A stretch of 63,858 nt of DNA, the filler included, from Squatina squatina (taxonomy: Eukaryota): NCBI GenBank assembly GCA_031763465.1. It is 4 parts of 4 records of this genome, joined end to end, with 100 filler letters (N's around TTAATTAATTAA, not from the genome) between each part and the next. Parts side by side here need not be neighbours in the genome. Positions count along the whole stretch, not along the records: positions 1 to 15,589 come from JARFOE010000192.1; 3 more parts are not named here. The stretch is one strand, 5' to 3'. The notes below the pieces were generated by a model that did not search any database, was not told the DNA's origin, and saw only the letters and a program-made list of their open reading frames with translations. Numbering within the stretch: position 1 is the first letter of the stretch; each line of letters opens with the position of its first letter. Below are positions 1-12,249 of this stretch, one piece after another. The position numbers and the translations under genes are program-made.

Positions 1-92
1 ATCCAATTACAGGGGAGTCACCTTTTATAAGAAATGCAATAACATTTGCAGACGTCAGTGATTAGATCACCAACCTAGAGTTGGTAACCCTA
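1..92. mobile_element. Right end of a non-autonomous hAT-like MITE
   Basis: Ends in TTGGTAACCCTA (81-92), the reverse complement of a TAGGGTTACCAA-type terminus. A related element with both termini lies at 34602-34955. Confidence 0.45.
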
Positions 93-417
93 CACAACCC
101 AACCCCACCCAAACTCACCCTTTCCTAACTCTGACATTTTGTATATTCCCCACTTCACACTCCATTGCTAGCTGTACCTTCAGCTGCCTAGGCCTTAGTT
201 TTGGAATTCTTCTCCCCTGCCACCCCACCCCCACCTCTCTTTCTGATTTTATATCTCTATGAAAAGGCTTGGGATTTTTTTTATAATTTAAGAGGTGTAT
301 AAATGCATGTTAAATAAAGAGCTAACAAATGGCCTCCTGTGCTGTATGATTCTCTGCTTCTACTCTATGTTGTTGTGGTATTTCTTGTGTTAATTTCTTT
401 TGAAATTACTTCAAAAG

Positions 418-594
418 GTATGGCAATGTGGAGGCACCTTGGAAATTGATCCCTGTTCGCACGTAGGCCATGTTTTTCCGAAGCGTGCTCCTTATGCTCG
501 ACCAAATTTCCTCCAAAACACTGTGCGAGCAGCTGAGGTGTGGATGGATGAATACAAAGTACACTTTTATTACCGAAATCCTCCAGCTAGAAAG
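418..594 (+). CDS. GALNT4: Internal exon (177 nt, phase 0/0) of a polypeptide GalNAc-transferase, GALNT4-type sequence, catalytic-domain C-terminal part
   Basis: AG acceptor at 416-417 and GTACTG donor at 595. Encodes [74 protein letters not shown] and RNPPARK match human GALNT4 as remembered; GALNT12 has PKQAPYSRNKALANS and RNPRARL. The GALNT family call is secure, the paralog call less so. Confidence 0.8.
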
Positions 595-699
595 GTACTG
601 AGCAGTGCGATATCCACATTGTGTTCAGCATCCATAGTTTACTGTGGAACCTCCATTATCTGCTGTAATGGGGCAGATCGCTCCATGTGCCCTGAAAAT

Positions 700-1010
700 A
701 GAGGGGAAGAAATTCAACTCGCGCCGGTTTCCAGCGTGAAATGGGTGGTACGATGCGAACTCATGCCTGAAGACGTCGGCCTGGGGCCAGTTTGAAACTG
801 AACCTTGGGCCTCATCTGCATGAAACCAATGATCTGCAGTACAAAAGCCATCCTGATACAGTGTGCCGGTCGGGGCCTTATGAATTTTGATTGGCAGGTC
901 GGTCCGGTGATGGGCATGAGGTGGGGTGAGATGAAGAGGAGGGGGAGTGGCTATCTTGGGCCAGCAGCAACCTGCAGTATTTTTTGTGGAGCCTGGAGGA
1001 GAATTCCTGA
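700..1010. mobile_element. GC-rich non-autonomous DNA transposon fragment (Harbinger-like MITE)
   Basis: Begins AGGGGAAGAAATTC followed by CpG-rich sequence. Similar GGG..AAATT termini occur at 38298 and, inverted, at about 17520-17530 and 56010-56020. Boundaries approximate. Confidence 0.35.
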
Positions 1011-1765
1011 TTTATGTGAAAGCAGATAGGAAAACATCTTGTTGCCTGTTTTTAACAAAACCCCTACACTAGAACTTTAACATTTCAACTTGGAGACCCA
1101 AGTTTTAAAATCATCTCAATTGCTATTCACACCTGTATGTCCTCTGTGGGAGAATTCCTCACTCTCTGCTTTCTGAATAAAAACTCCACAATTTGCCTTG
1201 TCTTCTGTCTCACTGTTTTTAATCTTGATGGTGTTCTGCATTATGGGCTTTGGCCTTCAGCTTAACCTCTCAATAAAATAACGTCATCTGGCAGGCGGAG
1301 TAAAAGCAGGTGCCCTGCTTAACCATTTACTCCTAGCAGGTCAACCAGGGAACTTACCTTTTATGCCACTGTGGAGAAATGCTTTTACTAGACACTCAAA
1401 CTCTCTTAATTGAAAAGGGACAGGGCAGTTGCAAATTGGCTAACTTGTGAGCTGGAAAGAAACAGAAAAAACAATAAAAGAAAAGCTAAAAAAAAAGTTG
1501 CTAATATTTAACTGCAGTTTTGTAGATCAAAGGGAAAATGTTATTTGAATTGCAGTAGAGCCAGCGCGATTGGATCTTTGGTACTTTTTAGATACAAAGA
1601 GCTGGAAACCCCGTTGGGGCACTCACGGGGCAGGAGCCGGCATTTCTCGCACCTGCCCCACTCCGNNNNNNNNNNNNNNNNNNNNNNNNNNNNNNNNNNN
1701 NNNNNNNNNNNNNNNNNNNNNNNNNNNNNNNNNNNNNNNNNNNNNNNNNNNNNNNNNNNNNNNNN

Positions 1766-1921
1766 AATATGAGTATCGAAACCTCCCAACCACTTCTGTA
1801 GTAATAGCGTTTTATAATGAGGCCTGGTCAACACTCCTGAGGACAATTCACAGCGTTCTTGATACTTCACCTGATATTCTGTTGAATGAGCTCATCATAG
1901 TGGATGATTACAGTGACCGAG
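1766..1921 (+). CDS. GALNT12: GALNT12 exon-2 homologue (5' end lost in gap), start of the GT-A catalytic domain
   Basis: Encodes [51 protein letters not shown] plus one G, then donor GTAGAT (phase 1). SPDILL and DDYSDR are GALNT12-type. Confidence 0.8.
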
Positions 1922-3042
1922 GTAGATATAACCTTGTCATTTGCATTGATTCCCTTATTTATCTGAATACTGTATTTGAAGCACAGATATGTACATATAC
2001 ACACATTTGAATTCTATTTGCAAAACAACTCATTAAGAATTTTATTTGAGTTATGTGCTCAGCCTTGGCTGATGCACTGAATGGAAATTTTGAGTTTTCC
2101 TTCTTCTCATCATTTAGTCGCAAAATGTAATCCAAAGATCAAGTGACAGATGTGCAAATGGTATCACTAGAAGCAGTGATGTGCTTCTGCAGTCATTTTT
2201 ATTTATCCAGCTTCAAGTATTACTGATATGAAATTCTACAGTTTTTCAAGATTTTTTTCTAAACAGAAATTATTTTCTGTAGAACTTTGTGCNNNNNNNN
2301 NNNNNNNNNNNNNNNNNNNNNNNNNNNNNNNNNNNNNNNNNNNNNNNNNNNNNNNNNNNNNNNNNNNNNNNNNNNNNNNNNNNNNNNNNNNNAGGTGCTG
2401 AGAGCTGCAATGGGGCGCTCTTGTGAATTCTGCGAACTGTCTCGTGATGCATCTCATTCATCAATTACAGCTTCATTAAATATTTATGAAATTGTATAGG
2501 GATTGTTTTTATTTGACTGTTCTAAAACTTTCATACAAAGTAATGCAGATTGCGGCGATTGTGCTTACATAGCAATACAGCAAGACTTGTCTGTACCAAC
2601 CACTTTGCCCTGATCTTCAGGTTTTATCGTAGGATTCAAACCACATACTAGTCTATTGGATGCCTCTTATTGTCACTCCATCTTGTTTCACTTTGAACCA
2701 CATTTCTTTTCACTAGTTCTGTATGTATGCAGCATTATTTTGAATATTTTTGTTACAACCCTGCAAGTGAACTCAACAAAAAAGATAGCCATCATTTACT
2801 CTTTTTTTCCGGTTGTATTTTGTTTTACTGTGCCATGCATCAATTTCTGATTGAGAAGGCAGTAATTAATTTAAGAAGGTCTACCTTGCAGAATCATTGA
2901 AAGTTCAGATTCCAGAATAGTGCCCTGCAATGTGCAGAGGGTTGGAATGTCATGGCAGCAGACCTTCAAATGATCGCAAATGAAGCTGTGACTCCATTGG
3001 TGTTCTTTTAAACATTGAACATTTTTCTCTTTGTGCTTCTAG

Positions 3043-3198
3043 TTTTTTGAATTCTCTTCACACAATGAAATCCGTTATAATACTCGCCAGCCTGAGGCCT
3101 GCGCTGCAGCAGATGTTGGCAATGATTACCTGACCATGTACCTTTGCCGAGAGAATAACAGGCCTGTGCTTGAAAACCAGAAATTCCTTTTTAAGGAG
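3043..3198 (+). CDS. GALNT12: GALNT12 penultimate exon, ricin-type lectin domain
   Basis: Polypyrimidine tract and TAG acceptor; GTAAGA donor. Encodes FFEFSSHNEIRYNTRQPEACAAADVGNDYLTMYLCRENNRPVLENQKFLFKE (human GALNT12: FFEYTSQKEIRYNTHQPEGC...ENQKFILQE). Not in the ORF track. Confidence 0.92.
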
Positions 3199-3663
3199 GT
3201 AAGACGCGTCCTAAAAGATTTTAAATGTCCTCTTTTTAAAAATACGTATTTAAAGCTACTCCTCTGTTATTCATAGTGCACCTCCAAAGGTTATGATCAC
3301 ATGTATATCTTCTAATTTTCAAGACTTTCCACATTTTCACTAAATGACATGATAATGTGTGTTAAGTATGACACAGCGCAACTGCCTGTCGGGAGTGAAT
3401 GCAAAAATACTCAAACTACAAGTGCCACATACAAGCAGTCTCCCAAGAGAAATACTTCTTGTATTTGGCTTTAAACAATAAATTATTCTATTTTGCATAA
3501 TAGAAATAAATATGTAGTCATATACTTTGGCTTATGTGGTAGGATTATGACAATTGCAGGATATGCTGAGGCGTGATTACAGAATGGCATTCTGCTTGAA
3601 TTATTAATTAGTCCCTGATCTTGATTATTTTTGTTTTGAATAACTTTTTTTGTGTCTTCTAAG

Positions 3664-3804
3664 GATGGCTCAATCTACCATGTCCAGACACAGAAGTGTC
3701 TGCAAGCCATACCTAATGCATTCAGTAATGGTCGTCCAGGACCATTACTACGACCATGTACTGATACCGACCACCAGAAATGGTTCTTTCAAGAAAGAAG
3801 ATGA
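3664..3804 (+). CDS. GALNT12: GALNT12 last coding exon, to stop codon
   Basis: AAG acceptor after a T-rich tract. Encodes DGSIYHVQTQKCLQAIPNAFSNGRPGPLLRPCTDTDHQKWFFQERR then TGA (3802-3804). Matches the GALNT12 C-terminus PLLRDCTNSDHQKWFFKER. Confidence 0.92.
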   Translation, partial: DGSIYHVQTQKCLQAIPNAFSNGRPGPLLRPCTDTDHQKWFFQERR

Positions 3805-3976
3805 CTTGTACATGTTGACATCCATTAGCAGCTTGACAAACCAGAAGAATGCAATGCCTCTCCATAGCTTCAAAAGNNNNNNNNNNNNNNNNNNNNNNNN
3901 NNNNNNNNNNNNNNNNNNNNNNNNNNNNNNNNNNNNNNNNNNNNNNNNNNNNNNNNNNNNNNNNNNNNNNNNNNNN

Positions 3977-5153
3977 GGATGGGCTTCAAGCTCTGCATGA
4001 AGTCCTGAGCCAAGTTGGTGCTAGATTTCTCCATGCTCCTTGACACTGAATGTGGGCTTTCTGGCAAGCTTGCCAATGCACCAAGCATTTTGTTGTGTAC
4101 ACCAATCAGTCTTCATCTGTAGCCTGGTCCATCGAAGCCCTGATCTGAGTCCTCTGCAGCAGAACTCGTGTGCGAGCTAACACCTGTGCTATCCTCGCCT
4201 CCTGCCCTGGCTGCAGCACACTTGTGCCCGATGTCTCACCATGTGCACATCCGCCTCTATGCCATTCTCTAAGATAAGTGCAGTATCAGTTTTTTGAGCT
4301 GGTGGCTGCCAGTGTGAAATCAAATGACAGTGTATCTTCACCATCACTGTCTTCTTGGTCTTCCTCTACTTCCTGGGCAGGTTGCAATTCTTGAGTATCT
4401 GAAAGGAAAAAGGGACAAGGGTAAGGTTGTGATGGGGCAGGGAGCAGTGGGGTGGGGGCGGTGGGAGGGAAGTAAGAAGTCAATGCTTACAACATCTGCA
4501 GCTTGTAAGTCAGGAGAGATTGTGAGATGAACGGCAAGTGGGATATGAGAAAGAGGATTAGGTGTGAGGATACTATCACCTTCAGTTGATTCTGCCCCAC
4601 TGCTGGCTATGGCCTCAGCAGTGGCCCTTTCCATAATGGCCAGCACTGGCTCCTCCATGGGGGTTGGAACATAGAGGTGCGCCTCTCACGCTGTGGTCAG
4701 TTCCTGCTGCCTCCGGTTGTGCATCACCTTCTCTTGCAAGAGAGAGTAAAGTGTGTCAGTGAGTGCTGTGCAATATGTTTGGGTGATGTGGCTGCTATTG
4801 TTGAATAGCTAGCAGTGTATGCAAGCTGTGAAATGTGGGTGTAAGGCTTGCAACAGTACTACATGTGTGAGGTTAAGGTAAGACATAAGAATGTTACGTA
4901 TGATTCCTGATTGAAAGAGATTGTTGGTAGATGAGTGATGGGGGTGTAGTGAATTGAGCAGTGGCTGAGGCTAGTGGTACAGTTGGTAGGATATGACACT
5001 TGAAGATGGATTCACTGACCTTGACTACTTGTGTGAGGTTATTAAACTTCTTGCGGCATTGCATCCAGGTCCTTGGGGATAAACTCCTGGCATTGACATC
5101 CATGGATATCTGTCCCTTCTCATTGTGTGACTGGAGGGCCTCCTGCCCTTGGG
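3977..5153 (-). mobile_element. Degenerate PIF/Harbinger element, intron-containing Myb/SANT DNA-binding gene
   Basis: Minus-strand peptide ...VNARSLSPRTWMQCRKKFNNLTQVVK followed by a GTCAGT donor (5019-5014), then EKVMHNRRQQ.../PMEEPVLAIM and acidic segments with stops. The RT(W)xQCRKK motif is typical of Harbinger Myb/SANT proteins. Confidence 0.75.
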
Positions 5154-7608
5154 NNNNNNNNNNNNNNNNNNNNNNNNNNNNNNNNNNNNNNNNNNNNNNN
5201 NNNNNNNNNNNNNNNNNNNNNNNNNNNNNNNNNNNNNNNNNNNNNNNNNNNNNAACAAAATTGAAAGTAGATATATGAATTCTGTCACAAATCAGTTAAA
5301 GTCATATTTACATCTTATTTATATGCAGCTTTAAAGCACTCCACTCCACGCCAATCTGTTCCAAAGGAACTAACATGGCTGGATGCCACATTACTCAAAT
5401 GTACACATGCTGAGGAACTGAGGTAGCAAAAAACCAGAAGCTTCAGTTATGTTAATTGAATAATGAAAGTCAATGTGCATGATTATTGATTCAAGTTTTT
5501 CACACTGTAAGCTGTATTTCTTACTCATGCATTGTATAGCTGTTCTTATTATTCAAGCTGGTAGCTCAGCTGGTTGACTTCATGTGGATCTACTGAGTCC
5601 TCAGGTTTTGCAGTATAACACTGAGAATCATTTTGCCAGTCAACCAGCATATTTATCGAGCAACACGTGTTCTACCACTCACTTGTGGGTACAGGCTGTT
5701 GAATAATTTCTGTTTTTTTTGACCATCTGTGATCTGAATAAGTGCTCATTCTACAAAATCTCTACTCAGTTCCAGTAGCAACCTGACTTAAAATTCCAAA
5801 ATGAGCAAACTTTAATCACAATACAGAGGTAATTGGAGTTTCTTGCTGTATGAATCAGTGCCATTATAAANNNNNNNNNNNNNNNNNNNNNNNNNNNNNN
5901 NNNNNNNNNNNNNNNNNNNNNNNNNNNNNNNNNNNNNNNNNNNNNNNNNNNNNNNNNNNNNNNNNNNNNNGGAGTCAAAACTCCATAGTGTGCAACTCCT
6001 CTCCACTGCTCACTAACCTCGCACCAGTAAATATTGGGACTATAGAGCTCTCTTTGCCAATCCCCCTTAAATGAGGATATGGATAAAGCAGTTGATGCTG
6101 AGTAAGTAGTTCATGACACTAAACTTGAATGTTAAAGTGGCTGGCAAATTGGAAACACTCTTACCTAGGTCCTTGCACCAAAATGAAGGCAGCCGTCTGA
6201 CATGTAGTTATTGAGGAAACTCTGAGGTTTGTAACCACAGCTACTGGAAGGCATTACATGGAGGCTGGTTGTGTGAATAAAAGGAAGTATTAAGACTGAC
6301 AGTTTTAGACTCGGAGGGTGTTTTAAAATTCAAGAATGCCACTCCAAAGTCAGAACAGTGGAAGTTTCAATCACAAAATTGAGACACCCTGATTAAATTG
6401 GAACAACTGAAAACCATCACCTGTATTCTCCCAGTACATCCCAGTTTTAGCTATATAACTATGCACTTCATATTGTAGCCAGGAAGTGTCAGAAGTACGG
6501 ATGTCTCTGGGATAAAATGTTCCTGTCAAGAGCGTTATTCAGTCTTACACTTTTCAAATGATGTTTTTCAAAATCAGACTTTTCCCATTTGCATTACTTT
6601 TCTTTCTTTATACGCTCTGGCCTATAAATTCTACAGGGGCAGTGTACCAATGAAAGTGCCGAGATGTACCAACCTTATGCTGCAGTGTCAGGGGGAGATT
6701 CCCTCATTTAATTTATTCTAGGGGNNNNNNNNNNNNNNNNNNNNNNNNNNNNNNNNNNNNNNNNNNNNNNNNNNNNNNNNNNNNNNNNNNNNNNNNNNNN
6801 NNNNNNNNNNNNNNNNNNNNNNNNCATGCAAAATCCAAAGCGACCACCCAGATTCTGTAAGAAATCCACAACGCTTCACATTTTCTCAAAAGCTCAGAGA
6901 ATCTTGCCAACTGTTCATGTGGTTCCCACAGGCACTGCAAGTCTTTATTCTTCTACCTGGAATTCAATGAAAAATACGAATCCTCATAGAGGTGGCAGCA
7001 GTGCAAATGGGAGCTTGTTCCTTGAAAGTCTGTTTCAATTAATTCTCGCAGTTCTTCAGAATGATTGACTATAGGGATTAATTTGGCACAGGCTCAAACT
7101 GGAGTGTGGTTGTTTTTTAAAGTGCACTGCAGATCTTTTATGTTCACTTAATCTCTATTCAGCAGTGTTTTAGTTTCCCCAGCATATTGCACATCACACT
7201 GTAAAATACAGGTTTATTGCCTTGAGGGGCTGGAACAATCATGGGAGCAAATTTTATCAAACAGTTTGAGATGTTGGAAAAGGCGCAATAATAAATAAAA
7301 GCAGAAAATCTGGAACAGCTTGGTTGATCAGTCAGCACCTGAAAGATGGGTTACCGTTTAAGTGGGCTCCGGAATGAGTTTTTAATACAAATTATAGAAC
7401 CATAGGTCTGGATTTTAATCCCTACCATCCCCCCAAAGCCCCCAACCCCCCCCCCACCACAAAAGGCAGGAAAAAGTTGGGTGAGGATTAAAAACCGAAA
7501 AAATGAGANNNNNNNNNNNNNNNNNNNNNNNNNNNNNNNNNNNNNNNNNNNNNNNNNNNNNNNNNNNNNNNNNNNNNNNNNNNNNNNNNNNNNNNNNNNN
7601 NNNNNNNN

Positions 7609-8276
7609 ATTAAAGCGACAGTGGCAGCATGGATACAAAATTGACTACAGGTGAGAAAGCAGAGAATAGTGGTGAGCGGTTGTTTTTTCAGACTGGAGGG
7701 AAGTCTACAGTGGTGTCACCTGGGGTCAGTATTAGGATCAATGCACTTTGATATTTATTAATACCCTGTACTTGGGTATACAGGGCATAATTTCAGTAAA
7801 AGAAAACTTGGGATTGTAGTAAACAATGAGGAAGATAACAGACTTCAGGAGAACATAGACAGACTGGTGAAATGAGCAGACACATGGCAGATGAAATTCA
7901 ACACAGAAGAAGTGTGAAGTGATGCATTTTTGTAGGAAGGATGAGGTGAAGCAATATAAATTAAATGGTACAATTTTATAAAAAGTGGGTGCAGGAACAG
8001 ACACCTGGTGGGTGTATGTACACAAATCTTTGAAGGCGACAGGGCAAGTTGAGAAGGCCGTTAAAAAAGGATATGGGATCCTTGACTTTATTAATAGAGG
8101 AAGAGAGGACAAAATAAGCAAGTTATGCCAAGCCTTTATAAAACACTGGTTAGGCCTCTGCTGGAGATGGTGTTTAATTCTGGGCACCACACTTGAGGAA
8201 AGATGTCCAGGCCGTAGAGAGGGAGAAGAGATTTACTAGAATGGTATCAGGGATGAGTGACTTCAGTGCGATTGGC
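7609..8276 (+). mobile_element. CR1-type LINE ORF2 (reverse transcriptase and C-terminal) fragment, decayed
   Basis: Remnants such as WQMKFNTEKCEVMHF and VYVHKSLKATGQVEKAVKKGYGILDFINRG, with frameshifts. Confidence 0.85.
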
Positions 8277-9374
8277 NNNNNNNNNNNNNNNNNNNNNNNN
8301 NNNNNNNNNNNNNNNNNNNNNNNNNNNNNNNNNNNNNNNNNNNNNNNNNNNNNNNNNNNNNNNNNNNNNNNNNNNNATCACGGAAATGTTTTCTTTCCAA
8401 AGTCTTGCAGTAGAGATGTGCACTCCTCCTCCATCTCCAGACCTTGGCCTCCCTAACCCCTTGCAACAGCATAAAAAAAGAGAGAATGACAAATATATTG
8501 ACAAATGAAGACGCAGGCAAAAAGAAAAACTGCAGGTCAAAAAATAATCAATACAGCCTGGTAATCCCTAAACAACTGAAGAACAACAGCTGATTTCAGA
8601 GACTGTCAGAGACTGTGGTATCTCTGACACATAACACATTATTCACAGTTGTGTCAGCAGATTGTGTATATATTCTTCTCTACTTCTGTATTCTGAAGTG
8701 CTCCTGCTGGCACTGTTACAAATATTGATAGCTCAAAGTTCCTTGCGTAAACCTATCAGCACTTTTCAGTTGAGAGAACTAAATGACCATTAAGATAGGG
8801 ATTTATATCAAGGTCTTTCAAAGATAAAAAGTATTACAGAAATCCTTTTTAGTTTACATTGATCTTTAATCTTCATCATCTGGCAATGAAGAATGTGCTT
8901 CAAGTCAGAAAACAATAGCCAGAACAAAAGACATGGGAATGTCGATTCACATTTCTTAATATTTACCTTTTCTGAATTCACAAGAAAGTGATAATGTGGA
9001 TGGAGACATTACAGAACAAATTTCAACACAACCAGCATTATCGGTACCATTAGACCTCTTGCAATTTTCTTTAGTTATTTTAGCAAGTGTGAGTTATATA
9101 TATGGCACATCACTAGATAATCCTGCCAACTATGTCATGCAAAATATTAAAATTAAATGGTTATTTTTTGTGTTTACCAACAGCTTTTCCTAGATTTACA
9201 AGGAACAAAAGATAGATGGAATCAATGAGATTATTTATAATAGGTAATAATGGTCTTGTAGGTAACTTTAATTTCACACAATACTCTGTATAGCAAGACA
9301 TGACTGTAGAAACAAATTCTCAATACTGCTGTCTGCAGGTCTCTTCTATTATACATCCTATTGCTTATGTTATT

Positions 9375-9750
9375 AGGTTGGTGTGGAATTGCGGGTAACG
9401 TCCCCTGGAGGAAGTGGAGTGCAATGCCGGGCGTTCCCACTTCCTCTCGGGGGTGGGACCAGGGCGGGAAGCCCATGAATTTTCCAGCGCTACGCGGCCT
9501 CTCCGTGTAGCGTTGGTGCGATCACAGGGCCCTCCCCTTCCGTTCAAGGGCAGGAGCTCTGCACGGAGCGAGGGGCCTCCACTGCGCCACCGGGGGTGCG
9601 GGGCGCCGTGGCCGCAGTCCGTGCACAGAAGCAGAGAGACGGGTTTTTGCACCTCCGCTAACTCCCGCCCAATTTCGTGGGAGTCGGTAGCGCCCCTCCC
9701 CCCACTCCTCCGGCGAGAAATCGCGTGCGCCCTGTTAGCGACCCCTGAAG
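9375..9750. mobile_element. CpG-rich non-autonomous DNA transposon (MITE-like) insertion
   Basis: Abrupt GC/CpG-rich block in AT-rich context with no recognisable protein. Similar in character to the blocks at 38298-38500 and 55057-55640. Confidence 0.4.
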
Positions 9751-9901
9751 TGCAAATTACAAATTATCTGAACCTCTCCCCCAGAGTCCCTTATTTGATC
9801 CNNNNNNNNNNNNNNNNNNNNNNNNNNNNNNNNNNNNNNNNNNNNNNNNNNNNNNNNNNNNNNNNNNNNNNNNNNNNNNNNNNNNNNNNNNNNNNNNNNN
9901 N

Positions 9902-10090
9902 TGCAGTGCATCTTGTAGATGGTATACACAGTAGCCACAGTGCAACAGTGGTGGAGGGAGTGAATGTTTAAGGTGGTGGATGAGGTGCCAATGAAGTGGG
10001 CTGCTTTGTCCTGGATGGTATTGAGCTTCTTGAGTTACACTCATCCAGGCAAGTGGAGAGTATTCCATCACACTCCTGACTTGTGCCTGT
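9902..10090 (-). mobile_element. Non-LTR retrotransposon ORF2 C-terminal fragment (CR1/L2 superclade)
   Basis: Minus strand reads MMEYSPLAWMS...IQDKAA. Probably the same family whose 3' ends lie at 30170-30407 and 56170-56450. Confidence 0.7.
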
Positions 10091-10094
10091 AGAT

Positions 10095-10550
10095 CTTACA
10101 GTCTCTTACAATCTGTTTTTATATTTCTTGTGAGTTTACTCTCATTCCTATTTTCTCCCTTTTTATCAAATTTTTGGTCATCCATTGCTGGTTTCTAAAG
10201 CTCCCCCAAACCTCAGCTCAGGCTTACTACTAGCTTTTGCAACATTAAGACTATCCTTAATTTCTTTAATTAACCATGGATAGATCACTTTTCCTGTGGA
10301 GTTTTTATTTTTCAATGGAATGTGTATTCGTTGAGAATTTTGGAATACTTCTTTAAATGTCTGTCAGTGCTAATCGACCATCATACCTTTTAATCGAATT
10401 TCCCAATCTACCTTAGCCAACCTGCCCTTCATGCCAAGATAATTGGCTTTATTTAAGTTTAAGACTCTCATTTTGGATTTTAGTATTTCACTCTTAAACT
10501 CAGTCTGAAATTCTATTATTTTATGATCACTCTTCCCCAGAGGATCTTAA
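10095..10550 (-). mobile_element. CR1-type LINE endonuclease/linker fragment
   Basis: Minus strand contains DPLGKSDHKIIEF (the SDH motif of APE endonucleases) followed by LNLNKANY and PWLIKEIKDSL-like segments. Confidence 0.65.
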
Positions 10551-10713
10551 TGGGATTCAGGGTTTTATACATTGAGGCATTGTTCATAAGAACAAGAACA
10601 TGATGTTAACTTTNNNNNNNNNNNNNNNNNNNNNNNNNNNNNNNNNNNNNNNNNNNNNNNNNNNNNNNNNNNNNNNNNNNNNNNNNNNNNNNNNNNNNNN
10701 NNNNNNNNNNNNN

Positions 10714-11030
10714 TTGAATGTGTAGGTTGGGGGGATGGAAGATGAGGACAAGGGAACCCTATTATGGTTCGGGGAGGGAGGGGAAGTGGTGAGAGCAGAA
10801 GTGTAGGAAATGAGATGAATGCAGCCGAGGGCCCTGTCAACCACGGTGGAGGGGAATCCTCGGTTGAGAAATAAGGAAGGCATATCGGAAGCACGAGTAC
10901 AGAAAGTCTTCATCAGAACAGATGCGACGGAGACAGAGAAATTGGGAGAATGGAATAGAGTCCTTACAGGAAGCGGGGTGGGATGAGGTGTAGTCAAGGT
11001 AGCTGTGCGAGTCGGTGGGCTTATAGTAAA
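10714..11030 (-). mobile_element. Penelope-like retroelement fragment (RT C-terminal region)
   Basis: Minus strand reads YKPTDSHSYLDYTSSHPASCKDSIPFSQFLCLRRICSDED, then after a frameshift RASDMPSLFLNRGFPSTVVDRAL. Confidence 0.85.
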
Positions 11031-12249
11031 TAGACTTTTACATCCTGCAGCATTATGCTATTTACCATGCCCCCAGATGAACTAAGGTCACATTCATGCC
11101 TATCTTATCTCCAGTCCTTGCTGTGCTGTCAGCTATTTATATATATATATATATCTGCATCTCAGCTGTACCTTCCTGGGATATCCTTAAATGTATTATG
11201 CAGTTAATGCGTATTGATCTTGGCCTTTTTTTTCATAATGTACCACTTTACAACATAAAGACATTTTAACTGCTCTAAGTATAGGTAATTCCATGGAGAG
11301 GATATGAGTACTAATAATTATGCAGGGATTAGTGGCAGGTGCTGATTTCTATCTTTTTCTCAAAGAGAGTGCAGAAAAATCATGTTGAGAGCTCACCTCC
11401 ATTATGATAATTAGGCTGACCCCAGAAACAGTGGCAGGATCATCATTCCTCTCAGCAGGTGGACACAAGACCCACTCTACTATTTTTCTGTTTAAAATTT
11501 AGCCTATGCTGATATTTTAAATCGTTGCAGTGAAGATCCCTGTATTTCATCAACTTAATCTGAACTGCAGAACGTGCCTTGGGAGCAAACTTTAGAGTGG
11601 AATATTGTTTTAAAGATATAGAGCCATATGGAATTCTTACATTTTTCCACATTTTTCTTTCTGCTGGTAAGGGTGTTGTGTAGACGAAGGCAGTCACTTA
11701 ACCTCTGCTCTTATATCAGGGTGGAGGTGACATTATACTACATGACATTGCAGGAGTGAGTTAAATATTGAGATTTATTTACTAGCTGTTAAAAGCTTCT
11801 GCTGGCAATAAAATCAAGGATCAATTGATATCAATGGGGCAAGCTGCTTCTTCAATTGAGAATGTTCTTATGTAAGTCTAATTTAGCTTGTTAGATCTTT
11901 GCAAATCAACACTACCCTATGCTCAATGATGCATCCATCCACTTCACTCAAGTTGAGCAAATTTCGTGCCAGATGAAAGCTGTTGTAGCCATGGAGAGAA
12001 TGAGTAACAGGCAGAAAAGCAATTGAGGTGGCANNNNNNNNNNNNNNNNNNNNNNNNNNNNNNNNNNNNNNNNNNNNNNNNNNNNNNNNNNNNNNNNNNN
12101 NNNNNNNNNNNNNNNNNNNNNNNNNNNNNNNNNAAAAAAAAAGCATAAACAAAACCTTGATATTTTCTGTCCTTTCTGGGGATTATGGCCAGGGGCTCGT
12201 GTTGTTGGCGATTTCCACACACAGTAGCTGAGCTCTGCTGTATTTTGAC

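Noticed and set aside
6825-6960. Minus-strand acceptor-like TTCCAG followed by short frames (RRIKTCSACGNH...*, QCLWEPHEQLARF...)
   Set aside because: No match to ANKS6 or any protein I recognise, and the frames close quickly.
9414-9971. 185-aa ORF in a GC-rich block
   Set aside because: No recognisable domain. It is open because of high GC and a gap, and runs from a MITE-like block into an antisense LINE fragment.
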